Shown: positions 1 to 8,065 of the stretch, in pieces
Numbering within the stretch: the first letter of the stretch is position 1
Layout: each line of letters starts with the position of its first letter
Source of the DNA: Candidatus Latescibacterota bacterium
GTDB taxonomy: Bacteria; Latescibacterota; UBA2968; UBA8231
DNA: 64,000 nt
Assembly: GCA_965203355.1 (NCBI GenBank)
Contig: OZ241889.1
Span: forward strand, 3,808,001-3,872,000
Reading direction: 5' to 3'
The notes under the pieces: model-generated
Databases searched by the model: none
Told to the model about the DNA's origin: nothing
The model's input: the letters and a program-made list of their open reading frames with translations, nothing else
Made by a program: the position numbers and the translations under genes

Positions 1-1
1 T

Positions 2-193
2 AGCGGTCTCGTGGTTTTCGTGCAGGTGGGCCTTGGCTCGTTCTTTAGGCCGCATGTTCAGCAGATGCATGCAAATCCCCTGCGAGCCCGTGGTCTCAGC
101 GGCAACCCCTGAGACATAGGTAAGTGCCTGTTTGCCTTCGTAGGGCACTCCGCGGCGAATCACCTTGCAGGTTGGCTTGGGGTGTTCTGACAT
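2..193 (-). CDS. Cupin-domain protein (5' part; runs off the window edge)
   Basis: Translated by hand from ATG at 193 (GGAGG RBS upstream): MSEHPKPTCKVIRRGVPYEGKQALTYVSGVAAETTGSQGICMHLLNMRPKERAKAHLHENHETA. Contains the cupin HxHxxxE motif. Absent from the ORF track because it is truncated. Confidence 0.75.
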   Translation of the reverse strand, partial: MSEHPKPTCKVIRRGVPYEGKQALTYVSGVAAETTGSQGICMHLLNMRPKERAKAHLHENHETA

Positions 194-217
194 TGTTTTC
201 CTCCGCGATGTACAGCT

Positions 218-2818
218 TTAAGACGCCAGCCCGTCGAGCAGGTACTGCTGTATCCGGTCGAGTTCCTCGTGGCTGGTGATCTTCTTCCCCTCGGCATCGA
301 CGATGTAAAAGGAATCTTGCGCCCGCGCCGCCACCGTGTTGATAATGGCGCGGTGAATGTCGAGCGCCAACTCGTCCAGCAAATACGCGATTCTGTACAA
401 CAGGCCCACGGTGTCTTGGGCTTCGATATCAACGACCGTATAGCGGGCTGAAATGTGATTGTCGAACGCAATGTGCGGCGGCTGATCGTATTGCCGCTGG
501 CGGCGGCGGCGGTCCCAACTACTGCTGTACCGCGCTAGCAAGTCGCGGGCCTTCAGCCTCCGCGAAATAACCTCGGCCACCCGCTCGCGTATGCGCTCCT
601 TCTTCCAGTCGGGCAGCGCTGGACTGCCGTCGATGTTGGTCACTTGGAAAATGTCGAGTACCACATCGTCGGCGCGGGTATTGACATCCGCGCGGAAGAT
701 ATTGATGTCGTTGACGGCCAAAGCACCGCAGATCTTGGCCATGATCTGACGCTGGTCGCGGGTGCAGATGACGATCTCAGTGTGCCCTTCGTGCTCGATG
801 AATTCTAAGACAAAAGGCTGCTCCCGGCTCAAGCGGGCGATCATCCCCAGATGCACCTTGATTTGCGCGCGGTTGTAGGCCACCAAATAGCTGGGGGATA
901 GCTGATCGATGTGCTCTTGGAACTGGACGACGCGCTGGGCCGGCCAGTGGCTCTCGATGTGATCGAGGTGCTCGTCGAGCTTCTGGCGCGCGCGCTGTTT
1001 GGCCGCTAGGGCCGCCCGATCCGAGTGTAGTTGCTCGGCCGTCTTGTAGTACAATTCCCACAGCAAGGCCCCTTGCCAATCAGTCCACGCGTCGGGCGCA
1101 ACCGCCGACAGGTCGGCGTACGAAACCAAGTAGAGCGCCCGCAGCCATTCCGCGTTGGCGAACAGCCCGGCGAACTCGGCGATCATCTCGTAGTCGTCGA
1201 GGTTGCGCCGCCTAGAGATCAGCACCATGTCTTGGTGGTGCTTCACGAGGAAGCGCAGCATGGACCGCTCTTCTTGGTCCAGCCCCATCCGCTCGCTCAG
1301 CTCCTCGGTCATCTCAATGCCGCGCGCGATGTGGTCGTCGCGCTTCCACTTGCCCACATCGTGCAGCAGCACCGCAAAGAACAACAGATCGCGGCGCGTA
1401 CATTGGGCGAGAATCGCCGACATGGCGCCCTCTTGAGGACCCAGCGCCTCCAAATTTTCCAGCGCGACTAGCGTGTGCTCATCGACCGTGTAGATGTGGT
1501 AAATGTCGTATTGAACCAAGCAGGTCAGCCGCGCAAACTCGGGCAGGTACGCGCCCAAAACGCCCAAGTCGTGCATGCGCCGGAGCGTCCGCGCCGTGTG
1601 GTATTTGCGCTTGAGTATTCGGAGGAACAAATCGCGGGCTTCAGGCCGGCGTCTAAAGCCGTCGTCGATCAGGCGCAGACTGGTGCGCACCGCCCGCTGC
1701 GCCTGATCGCTCAACTGCAAGTTCTTGGTTTGGGCCGTGAGGAAAATTTTTAGCAGGCGCAGGGGGTCGGCGGCAAAGTACGCCGCGCCATCGGCCAGGA
1801 CGATCTCCCCTTCTATCGCGGCCACTCCGCGCTCTATATACATGCTGCGGCTGCTGTTGCGCGGCTTGCGCGTCAACTGCTCAAAGGCGCGCGCTACTAG
1901 GTGATGCACCGTGCGCGCATGTAGGTAGTACTCGCGCATAAAGCACTCGACCGCCAGCTCTTGATCTTGGTCTTCATAGCCCAAGGCGGCCGCGATCTGC
2001 GGCTTGAGATCGTGCTCTAGCACGTCGCGCTTGCGCCCCACGGCAAAGTGGAGCGCGTGCCGCACCCGCCAGAGAAAGGCGCGGCTGCGAGCGAGGCTCT
2101 TGCTGCCGCCATCGAGATACTGCGCGTACCAATCGCCGCACTCGGGCGATTTGACCTTGGCCTGGAGCGCCCATTCGAACATCTGTATCTCGCGCAGGCC
2201 CCCCGGACTCTCCTTGACATTCGGCTCTAAAAGCTGAACGGATTGCCGCGCTGCACGCTGCTGCTGGCGCAACCGATTCAGCTCGGCAACCGTGCGCTTA
2301 GGTACGCGCTTGTAGAGCCGCTTTTGGAACTGGGCGAAAAGCGCGGCATCACCAGCCAGCAGGCGGCCGTCCATCATCGCGGTGCGCGATTCCAGATCTT
2401 CGCGCACCGCCCGGACTACGTCGTCGAGCGTGCGACTGCTGTGCCCCACTTCAAAGCCCAAGTCCCACAGCGGATTGAACACGCCCGCGACGACGGCCGG
2501 CACTTTGTCTTGGCTCTTGGCGAACAGGAACAGCAAGTCGACGTCCGAGTGCGGCGCCATTTCGCAGCGACCGTATCCACCCAGTGCCACCAGCGCGTGT
2601 GGACCGGCGGTCTGGGGCATGGCATTCTGGTAGATAGACAGCACCACCGCGTCCATGGCTTCGGCGATCCGCCGGGCTACGGTCTGGCCATCGGCCCCGG
2701 CCTGATGCTCGGCCTCGATCTGCACGAGTGCCTTCTGCCACAGCGGTCGCAGGGCTTCTCCCAGCGGCACGCCGGGCTTCTCTTGCAGCGAGTCGGCAAA
2801 TGTTTCTACAAATCCCAT
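218..2818 (-). CDS. glnD: [Protein-PII] uridylyltransferase / uridylyl-removing enzyme
   Basis: NTase motif ALGGYGRxEMAPHSDVDLL, LEPNVKESPGGLRE, HD domain (YHIYTVDEH, LLHDVGK) and two C-terminal ACT domains; 866 aa. Confidence 0.95.
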   Translation of the reverse strand: MGFVETFADSLQEKPGVPLGEALRPLWQKALVQIEAEHQAGADGQTVARRIAEAMDAVVLSIYQNAMPQTAGPHALVALGGYGRCEMAPHSDVDLLFLFAKSQDKVPAVVAGVFNPLWDLGFEVGHSSRTLDDVVRAVREDLESRTAMMDGRLLAGDAALFAQFQKRLYKRVPKRTVAELNRLRQQQRAARQSVQLLEPNVKESPGGLREIQMFEWALQAKVKSPECGDWYAQYLDGGSKSLARSRAFLWRVRHALHFAVGRKRDVLEHDLKPQIAAALGYEDQDQELAVECFMREYYLHARTVHHLVARAFEQLTRKPRNSSRSMYIERGVAAIEGEIVLADGAAYFAADPLRLLKIFLTAQTKNLQLSDQAQRAVRTSLRLIDDGFRRRPEARDLFLRILKRKYHTARTLRRMHDLGVLGAYLPEFARLTCLVQYDIYHIYTVDEHTLVALENLEALGPQEGAMSAILAQCTRRDLLFFAVLLHDVGKWKRDDHIARGIEMTEELSERMGLDQEERSMLRFLVKHHQDMVLISRRRNLDDYEMIAEFAGLFANAEWLRALYLVSYADLSAVAPDAWTDWQGALLWELYYKTAEQLHSDRAALAAKQRARQKLDEHLDHIESHWPAQRVVQFQEHIDQLSPSYLVAYNRAQIKVHLGMIARLSREQPFVLEFIEHEGHTEIVICTRDQRQIMAKICGALAVNDINIFRADVNTRADDVVLDIFQVTNIDGSPALPDWKKERIRERVAEVISRRLKARDLLARYSSSWDRRRRQRQYDQPPHIAFDNHISARYTVVDIEAQDTVGLLYRIAYLLDELALDIHRAIINTVAARAQDSFYIVDAEGKKITSHEELDRIQQYLLDGLAS

Positions 2819-2903
2819 GGCTTTTCCAAACTCGTTAAATATACGGCGAAGTCGCGTCTTAAAAAGCCTTCGGCGTGGGGCGACTTAACCGCAAACAAGG
2901 TCC

Positions 2904-2932
2904 TTGACAGACGGGAATATCATCTATACTTT
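2904..2932 (+). promoter_or_regulatory. Putative sigma70 promoter for the porin-imelysin operon
   Basis: TTGACA (2904-2909), followed by TATACT at a 15-bp spacer or TACTTT at a 17-bp spacer, in AT-rich intergenic DNA. Confidence 0.5.
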
Positions 2933-3026
2933 TGTTTGGTATATGAAACAAAAGATTGCGAAAGAAAACTTTAATTCTATTAACAGAAAATCTGTAGTAG
3001 CGATATTACGACTGTTTATTCAACCC

Positions 3027-4271
3027 ATGCGACACGTTCTCAACAAGCCTCATCTCCATATTTTTCAGCTACTTATCCTTATCGCATTCCCATCCGTGCA
3101 GGACGCCAAGCCGTCCCTCCACCTCCAAGGCTACGGCGAATTGCACTACTCCCACTTTGATTTTGGCCCGGACCAAAAAAGCGGCCCCCACGGTTCGCCC
3201 CCAGACAGCCGCGCCATCATCGACATCACCCGCCTCGCGCTCGAACTAGAAGTCGAATTGCTCAAAAATACCGAATTGGCAGCCGAGGTAGAATTTGAGC
3301 ACGGCGGGGCTGGTGCCGCGCTGGAATTGGAGTTTGAGGAATTCGGCGAGTTCGAGCAGGAAATCGAAAAAGGCGGCGCCGTCATCGTCGAAGAGCTGGC
3401 CGTTGAGCGGACCTTCAGCGATGCCTTGCGCGTCCGCTTGGGGCACTTCTACGTCGCCGTGGGCCATTTGAGCCATCGCTTCCATCCCACCGATTTCTTT
3501 GGCACTCGGCGCTCGGAAGCCGAGACTTCCATCATCCCGGCCCTTTGGCACGAAACCGGCGTGGAGATTTCTGGAGCCTACCGCAACTGGCGCTACCAGC
3601 TACAGCTCGTCAACGGCTTGGACGCGACCGGTTTCAGCGCGCAAAACTGGATTGTCGGCGGCCACCAAAAGCGCTTTGAGACGATTCAGGCGACCAATAT
3701 GGCTTGGGTCGCGCGCCTCGATTATCAGTTCGCTCCCCATGGTGTGCTCGGTATTTCCGGCTATCGCGGCGACAGCGCCGACAACCGTCCCAAGCCCGAT
3801 ATGAAAGGCATGGACGCGCACGTTTCCATCGTCGATGTACACGGCAGCTTCAGCTGGGCACGGGTCCGCATGCGCGGGTTGTACCTCTATGGACACCTGC
3901 AAAATGCCGCCCTCGTCAGCGCCCGCAACCGCACCCTATCGAACAATCTCGACGTCTTGCGCTCGCCCGTGGCTCGGGCGGCTTATGCGGCCTTCGTCGA
4001 AGTCGGCTACGACGTTCTACCGTGGCTGGCCGCTGCCTCACCCAACCGCCTCGACCTGTTCATCCGCTTGGACGCATACGACAGTATGGCCGCGGTCCCG
4101 GACGAGACTTTTGACAATCCGCGCTTTGCGCGCCGGGTCTATACCTTGGGCGCGAACTACAACATGGCAGACACCGTGGTGCTCAAAGCCGACTACGCCA
4201 TGCGGCGGCTGGGCGCCGCCCACTTTAACCCAGAAAACACCCTGAGCTTGGGGCTGGGATTTCAATTTTAA
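3027..4271 (+). CDS. Outer-membrane beta-barrel/porin of the type associated with imelysin iron-uptake loci
   Basis: Hydrophobic N-terminus from ATG 3027 (the track start at 2904 overlaps the promoter), GYGELHY, acidic EVEFEHGG...ELEFEEFGEFEQE segment, and a C-terminal LGLGFQF beta-signal. Confidence 0.7.
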   Translation: MRHVLNKPHLHIFQLLILIAFPSVQDAKPSLHLQGYGELHYSHFDFGPDQKSGPHGSPPDSRAIIDITRLALELEVELLKNTELAAEVEFEHGGAGAALELEFEEFGEFEQEIEKGGAVIVEELAVERTFSDALRVRLGHFYVAVGHLSHRFHPTDFFGTRRSEAETSIIPALWHETGVEISGAYRNWRYQLQLVNGLDATGFSAQNWIVGGHQKRFETIQATNMAWVARLDYQFAPHGVLGISGYRGDSADNRPKPDMKGMDAHVSIVDVHGSFSWARVRMRGLYLYGHLQNAALVSARNRTLSNNLDVLRSPVARAAYAAFVEVGYDVLPWLAAASPNRLDLFIRLDAYDSMAAVPDETFDNPRFARRVYTLGANYNMADTVVLKADYAMRRLGAAHFNPENTLSLGLGFQF

Positions 4272-4285
4272 TCCAAGGAGGCAGC

Positions 4286-5380
4286 ATGGAAACGCCCACT
4301 TCAATCTATGGAACGCGCCTGCGAGCGGCCCTCTGCGTCTTGAGCTTGCTGCTCGGCACCGGCTGCGGCGACGACAGCGACGCGCCCATCGGACCAGCCG
4401 CAGCCGAGTTCGACTTTGCGCCCATCTTGAGCAACTTCACCGACAACGTCGTCATTGCCACGTACGCGGACTTGGACCAGCGGGCGGGCGAACTGCACAC
4501 GGCGGTCGAGGCCCTGCGCCGCGCGCCTACGGCTGAAAACCTCCGGGCGGCGCGGGACGCTTGGGTGGCTACGCGCATCCCTTGGGAAGCCAGCGAAGGG
4601 TTTCTCTTTGGCCCGGTGGACTTCAACGGCTACGATCCAGCGCTCGACAGTTGGCCGGTCAACCGCACGGACTTGGACGGGGTGCTGGCCAGCGACAACG
4701 ACTTGACCGCCGCGTACGTGAACAGTCTGGACGGAACCCTCAAGGGCTTCCACACCATCGAGTACCTGCTCTTTGACGAAGGCGGCCGCAAGACGGCGGC
4801 TGATTTCACCGAGCGCGAGTTTGCCTATCTGAGCGCCACGACCCAAGACTTGCGGGCCACGGCCAGCGCCCTGCACAACAGCTGGATTCCGGCCGGCGGC
4901 AACTTTGGCCAAAAGGTCCGCGACGCCGGCAACGGCAGCGACGCCTATCCGTCGGCCCAGTCGGCAGTCCAGGAAATGGTCAACGGCATGATCGGCATCT
5001 GCGACGAAGTGGCCAACGGCAAAATCGCCGACCCCTTCGTCGAGCAAGATACCCGCCTCGTCGAATCCCAATTCAGCTTCAATTCTATCGCCGACTTCCA
5101 AGACAATCTCCGCAGCGTCCTGCACGTCTATACCGGCGACTACGCGGACCCCGACGGAGCGGGCTTGGACGAATTTATCCGCCAAGCCGACGCCGACCTC
5201 GATCGGCGGCTCAAACGGGAAATCCAAGCGGCCATTGACGAGATCGGCCGTATTCAGCAGCCCTTCCGCGACGCCATTTTCTCGGATCGCGATCAAATCG
5301 AAACAGCGCAGACAGCCGTGGCCAAAGTCCAGCAAACCTTGGAAGAAGATATTCTGCCGTTGGTGTTGCGTTCTTCGTAA
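4286..5380 (+). CDS. Imelysin-family (IrpA/peptidase M75-like) iron-regulated lipoprotein
   Basis: Lipobox LLGTGC, WEASEGFLFGP, DSWP, GxHxxE motif GFHTIEYLLF, EVANGKI and ESQFS; AAGGAGG RBS. Confidence 0.88.
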   Translation: METPTSIYGTRLRAALCVLSLLLGTGCGDDSDAPIGPAAAEFDFAPILSNFTDNVVIATYADLDQRAGELHTAVEALRRAPTAENLRAARDAWVATRIPWEASEGFLFGPVDFNGYDPALDSWPVNRTDLDGVLASDNDLTAAYVNSLDGTLKGFHTIEYLLFDEGGRKTAADFTEREFAYLSATTQDLRATASALHNSWIPAGGNFGQKVRDAGNGSDAYPSAQSAVQEMVNGMIGICDEVANGKIADPFVEQDTRLVESQFSFNSIADFQDNLRSVLHVYTGDYADPDGAGLDEFIRQADADLDRRLKREIQAAIDEIGRIQQPFRDAIFSDRDQIETAQTAVAKVQQTLEEDILPLVLRSS

Positions 5381-6759
5381 TGATCGTTATCCGCATTTCC
5401 GCGCTCTGTCTGGGCCTCCTCCACTGCGGCGACGATCGGGGGTTAGCCCCGACTCCGGCGGCCGACGACCGCGCCTTATCCGGCGGGGCGGCAACGGTTT
5501 TTGACGCCAGCAGTCTGGCGTTTGAAAATCCCATTCCCTCGTTGGACGGGATGGCAATGGACCGTTTTTTCGCTGGGGACGCGGCCTTTGAACAGGTCTT
5601 TGTCACCTCGCCAGCCGCGGTCGGGCATGGCCTCGGGCCGGTTTTCAATCAGACCTCGTGCGCGGGCTGTCACGCGCGGGACGGCCGGGGGCGCGAAGGC
5701 TTTGGCGAGGTCTCCCCTTTTATCGGCTCCATGCTCATGCGCGTCAGCCTGCCCGGCACCAATCCCCAAGTGCCCGGCGGCCCCCAGCCCGTGCCGGGCT
5801 TTGGCGAGCAGATCGGAGATCGCGCCGTTTTCGGGGTCGTGCCCGAAGCGCGGGTCACAGTCGCGTACTTTGAGGAGACCCGCCATTTTGCCGACGGCAC
5901 AGCGTACTCCCTGCGCTTTCCGCTGTACGACGTAGTGGAGACCTATCAGCCGCTGCCGGCGGGCGTCCTGTTCTCGCCGCGCATGGCGCCGCCGGTTTTT
6001 GGCCGCGGCCTGCTCGAAGCCATCCCCGCCGAGACCATACTGGCCCTGGCCGACCCCGGCGACCGCAATGGCGACGGCATCTCCGGTCGACCCAATCGAG
6101 TGTACAACTTCCGCACGCGACAAACTGAATTGGGCCGCTTTGGCCTCAAGGCCAACAATCCCGATTTGTTGCAGCAGGTCGCCGGGGCTTACCACCAAGA
6201 CATGGGCATCACCAGCCCCTATTTCACCCGGGAATCTACCGCCGGTCAGCCGCAAATGGACGACCACCAAGACGACCCTGAAATTGGCCAAGAGACCTTG
6301 GACATCAACACCTTTTACATCCAAACCCTAGCGGTGCCCGCCCGCCGCAACCTCGGCGATCCGCAGGCGTTGCGCGGCGAAGAACTCTTTGCCAAGGCCC
6401 GGTGCTCGGGGTGCCACATCCCCACCCTGCGGACGGGGCAGCACGAGATTGCGGCCCTAGCCAACCAGACCATTCATCCCTACACGGATCTGCTGTTGCA
6501 CGATATGGGAGAAGAACTCGCCGATGACCGGCCCGACTTTGAGGCCGATGGCCGCGAATGGCGCACGCCGCCGCTGTGGGGCATTGGCCTGACGGCAACG
6601 GTCAACGGCATTCCAGCCTATCTACACGATGGACGAGCGCGCACGCTGATGGAAGCCATCATGTTCCACGGCGGCGAGGCCGAAGCAGCGCGAGAATACG
6701 TGCATCAACTCGACCCGAGCGACCGGGACGCGCTCGTGGCCTTTTTGCAGTCGCTATAA
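5380..6759 (+). CDS. Di-heme oxidoreductase family (DHOR) c-type cytochrome
   Basis: Two CxxCH motifs (CAGCH, CSGCH), GLGPVFN, PYTDLLLHDMG, EWRTPPLWG and YLHDGRARTL; the start overlaps the imelysin stop. Confidence 0.9.
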   Translation: MIVIRISALCLGLLHCGDDRGLAPTPAADDRALSGGAATVFDASSLAFENPIPSLDGMAMDRFFAGDAAFEQVFVTSPAAVGHGLGPVFNQTSCAGCHARDGRGREGFGEVSPFIGSMLMRVSLPGTNPQVPGGPQPVPGFGEQIGDRAVFGVVPEARVTVAYFEETRHFADGTAYSLRFPLYDVVETYQPLPAGVLFSPRMAPPVFGRGLLEAIPAETILALADPGDRNGDGISGRPNRVYNFRTRQTELGRFGLKANNPDLLQQVAGAYHQDMGITSPYFTRESTAGQPQMDDHQDDPEIGQETLDINTFYIQTLAVPARRNLGDPQALRGEELFAKARCSGCHIPTLRTGQHEIAALANQTIHPYTDLLLHDMGEELADDRPDFEADGREWRTPPLWGIGLTATVNGIPAYLHDGRARTLMEAIMFHGGEAEAAREYVHQLDPSDRDALVAFLQSL

Positions 6760-6976
6760 GGAAAAACGATGTAACGACGTTATAACGCCCAAATAAAAAG
6801 AGGCTATTGGCTGCGCCTGCCAGCACTTCGCCAATAGCCCGTCGAGAACTTAGCACCGATATGACCCAAACCGGCGTGTGCCGGCCTGAGCATATCTGAG
6901 CTTTTTTGTCTCTGTAGAGAACATAATGACTGGTCTTTACGCGGTCAAAAATCTACAACAGCAAAACGGAGCAGTG

Positions 6977-8032
6977 ATGATCAAAAAAAAGAAGCAAGCA
7001 GTCAGCGTTGCCAAACACCGGCGCTGGAAGCTAAAGACACTCAAACTAGTGCGCCGACTACACCTCTATGCGGGGCTGTTACTACTCCCTTGGGTACTGT
7101 TATTCGGCGTCAGCGGGCTTTTATTTAACCATCCAAACTGGGCATCGTCGCGCCACATCGTCCACCATGCTGACGCCAAAGCTGTGCAGGCCACGACGGG
7201 ATTCGCAGCACTTGACGCCGATGAGCTCGCTCGCCAGATCGTTACCCAACTCAACGCCGATAATGGCAACAGTTTCACTGTAGCTCAGGAGACCAAAGCC
7301 AAGCTCATAGGGCGGTTAATCGCACGTATTCCCGGCGTCAACGCTCAGCACACTGTGACTATAAACCTCACCGACGGTAGCGCTCGGATCGAGACCGCCA
7401 ACGAGACCCCAGAACCCGAATCACCGCCCTTTGCCGGTCAGGCCGTACCCATTGACGCACCCGACTTTGCCACTGTCGGCGATAACTCGATCGATCTACT
7501 CGCTGGCACTGGACTTAAGGCGGCGGGGCCCGCCCGCATACGGACGCGCCCGGCACCTGTATTGCAGTTCGAGTTGCACGACAAAGACGGGCGCACTTGG
7601 CATGCGACATATAACCTGATTAGGGGGACGCTCGACGGCCGCCTAGCTGATGCTGGAACAGGTTTCAGTTTTCGCGAGGCTGTTACTCGCCTGCATCAGT
7701 TGAAAATGTACCCCGACCAAATCGGCACACGTTGGTTGTGGACCCTGCTCGCCGACGCCACCGCCTTCACCCTGATCTTCTGGGCCGTGTCGGGCTTGAT
7801 TATGTGGTTGCAAATCCGGCCGACGCGTCTGCTAGGGATAGCGGGACTTAGTATCGCCACTGGCATAGCGTGGTTGGCAATCGCCGGTACCCTCGGCGAG
7901 ATCGGATTTGGTCGGACAACGCACCAGCACGGCGGCCCAAGTACCCAACCGCAGCAGTCCTCGCACCACTCGAGCATCGGAAGCCAGCATAAGGCCGCTT
8001 ACCCGTCGCAAAACAAAAATAATCAGCGGTGA
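6977..8032 (+). CDS. PepSY-associated TM-helix membrane protein
   Basis: RRLHLYAGL...SGLLFNH N-terminal TM, RLH...WLWTLLAD...SGLIMW C-terminal TMs and a His-rich tail. ATG 6977 follows GGAG; 6926 is an alternative start. Confidence 0.75.
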   Translation: MIKKKKQAVSVAKHRRWKLKTLKLVRRLHLYAGLLLLPWVLLFGVSGLLFNHPNWASSRHIVHHADAKAVQATTGFAALDADELARQIVTQLNADNGNSFTVAQETKAKLIGRLIARIPGVNAQHTVTINLTDGSARIETANETPEPESPPFAGQAVPIDAPDFATVGDNSIDLLAGTGLKAAGPARIRTRPAPVLQFELHDKDGRTWHATYNLIRGTLDGRLADAGTGFSFREAVTRLHQLKMYPDQIGTRWLWTLLADATAFTLIFWAVSGLIMWLQIRPTRLLGIAGLSIATGIAWLAIAGTLGEIGFGRTTHQHGGPSTQPQQSSHHSSIGSQHKAAYPSQNKNNQR

Positions 8033-8065
8033 ACTCTCACCTACACCCTAATGGAAGGAGACATT

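Noticed and set aside
2904-3026. N-terminal extension of the porin from TTG 2904, and a possible Fur box at about 2911-2929
   Set aside because: The TTG belongs to the -35 hexamer and the extension precedes the signal-like segment. The match to GATAATGATAATCATTATC is too poor to call.
4301-6324. Long antisense ORFs (344 aa and 282 aa)
   Set aside because: Shadow frames of well-supported GC-rich genes, with no recognisable motifs.
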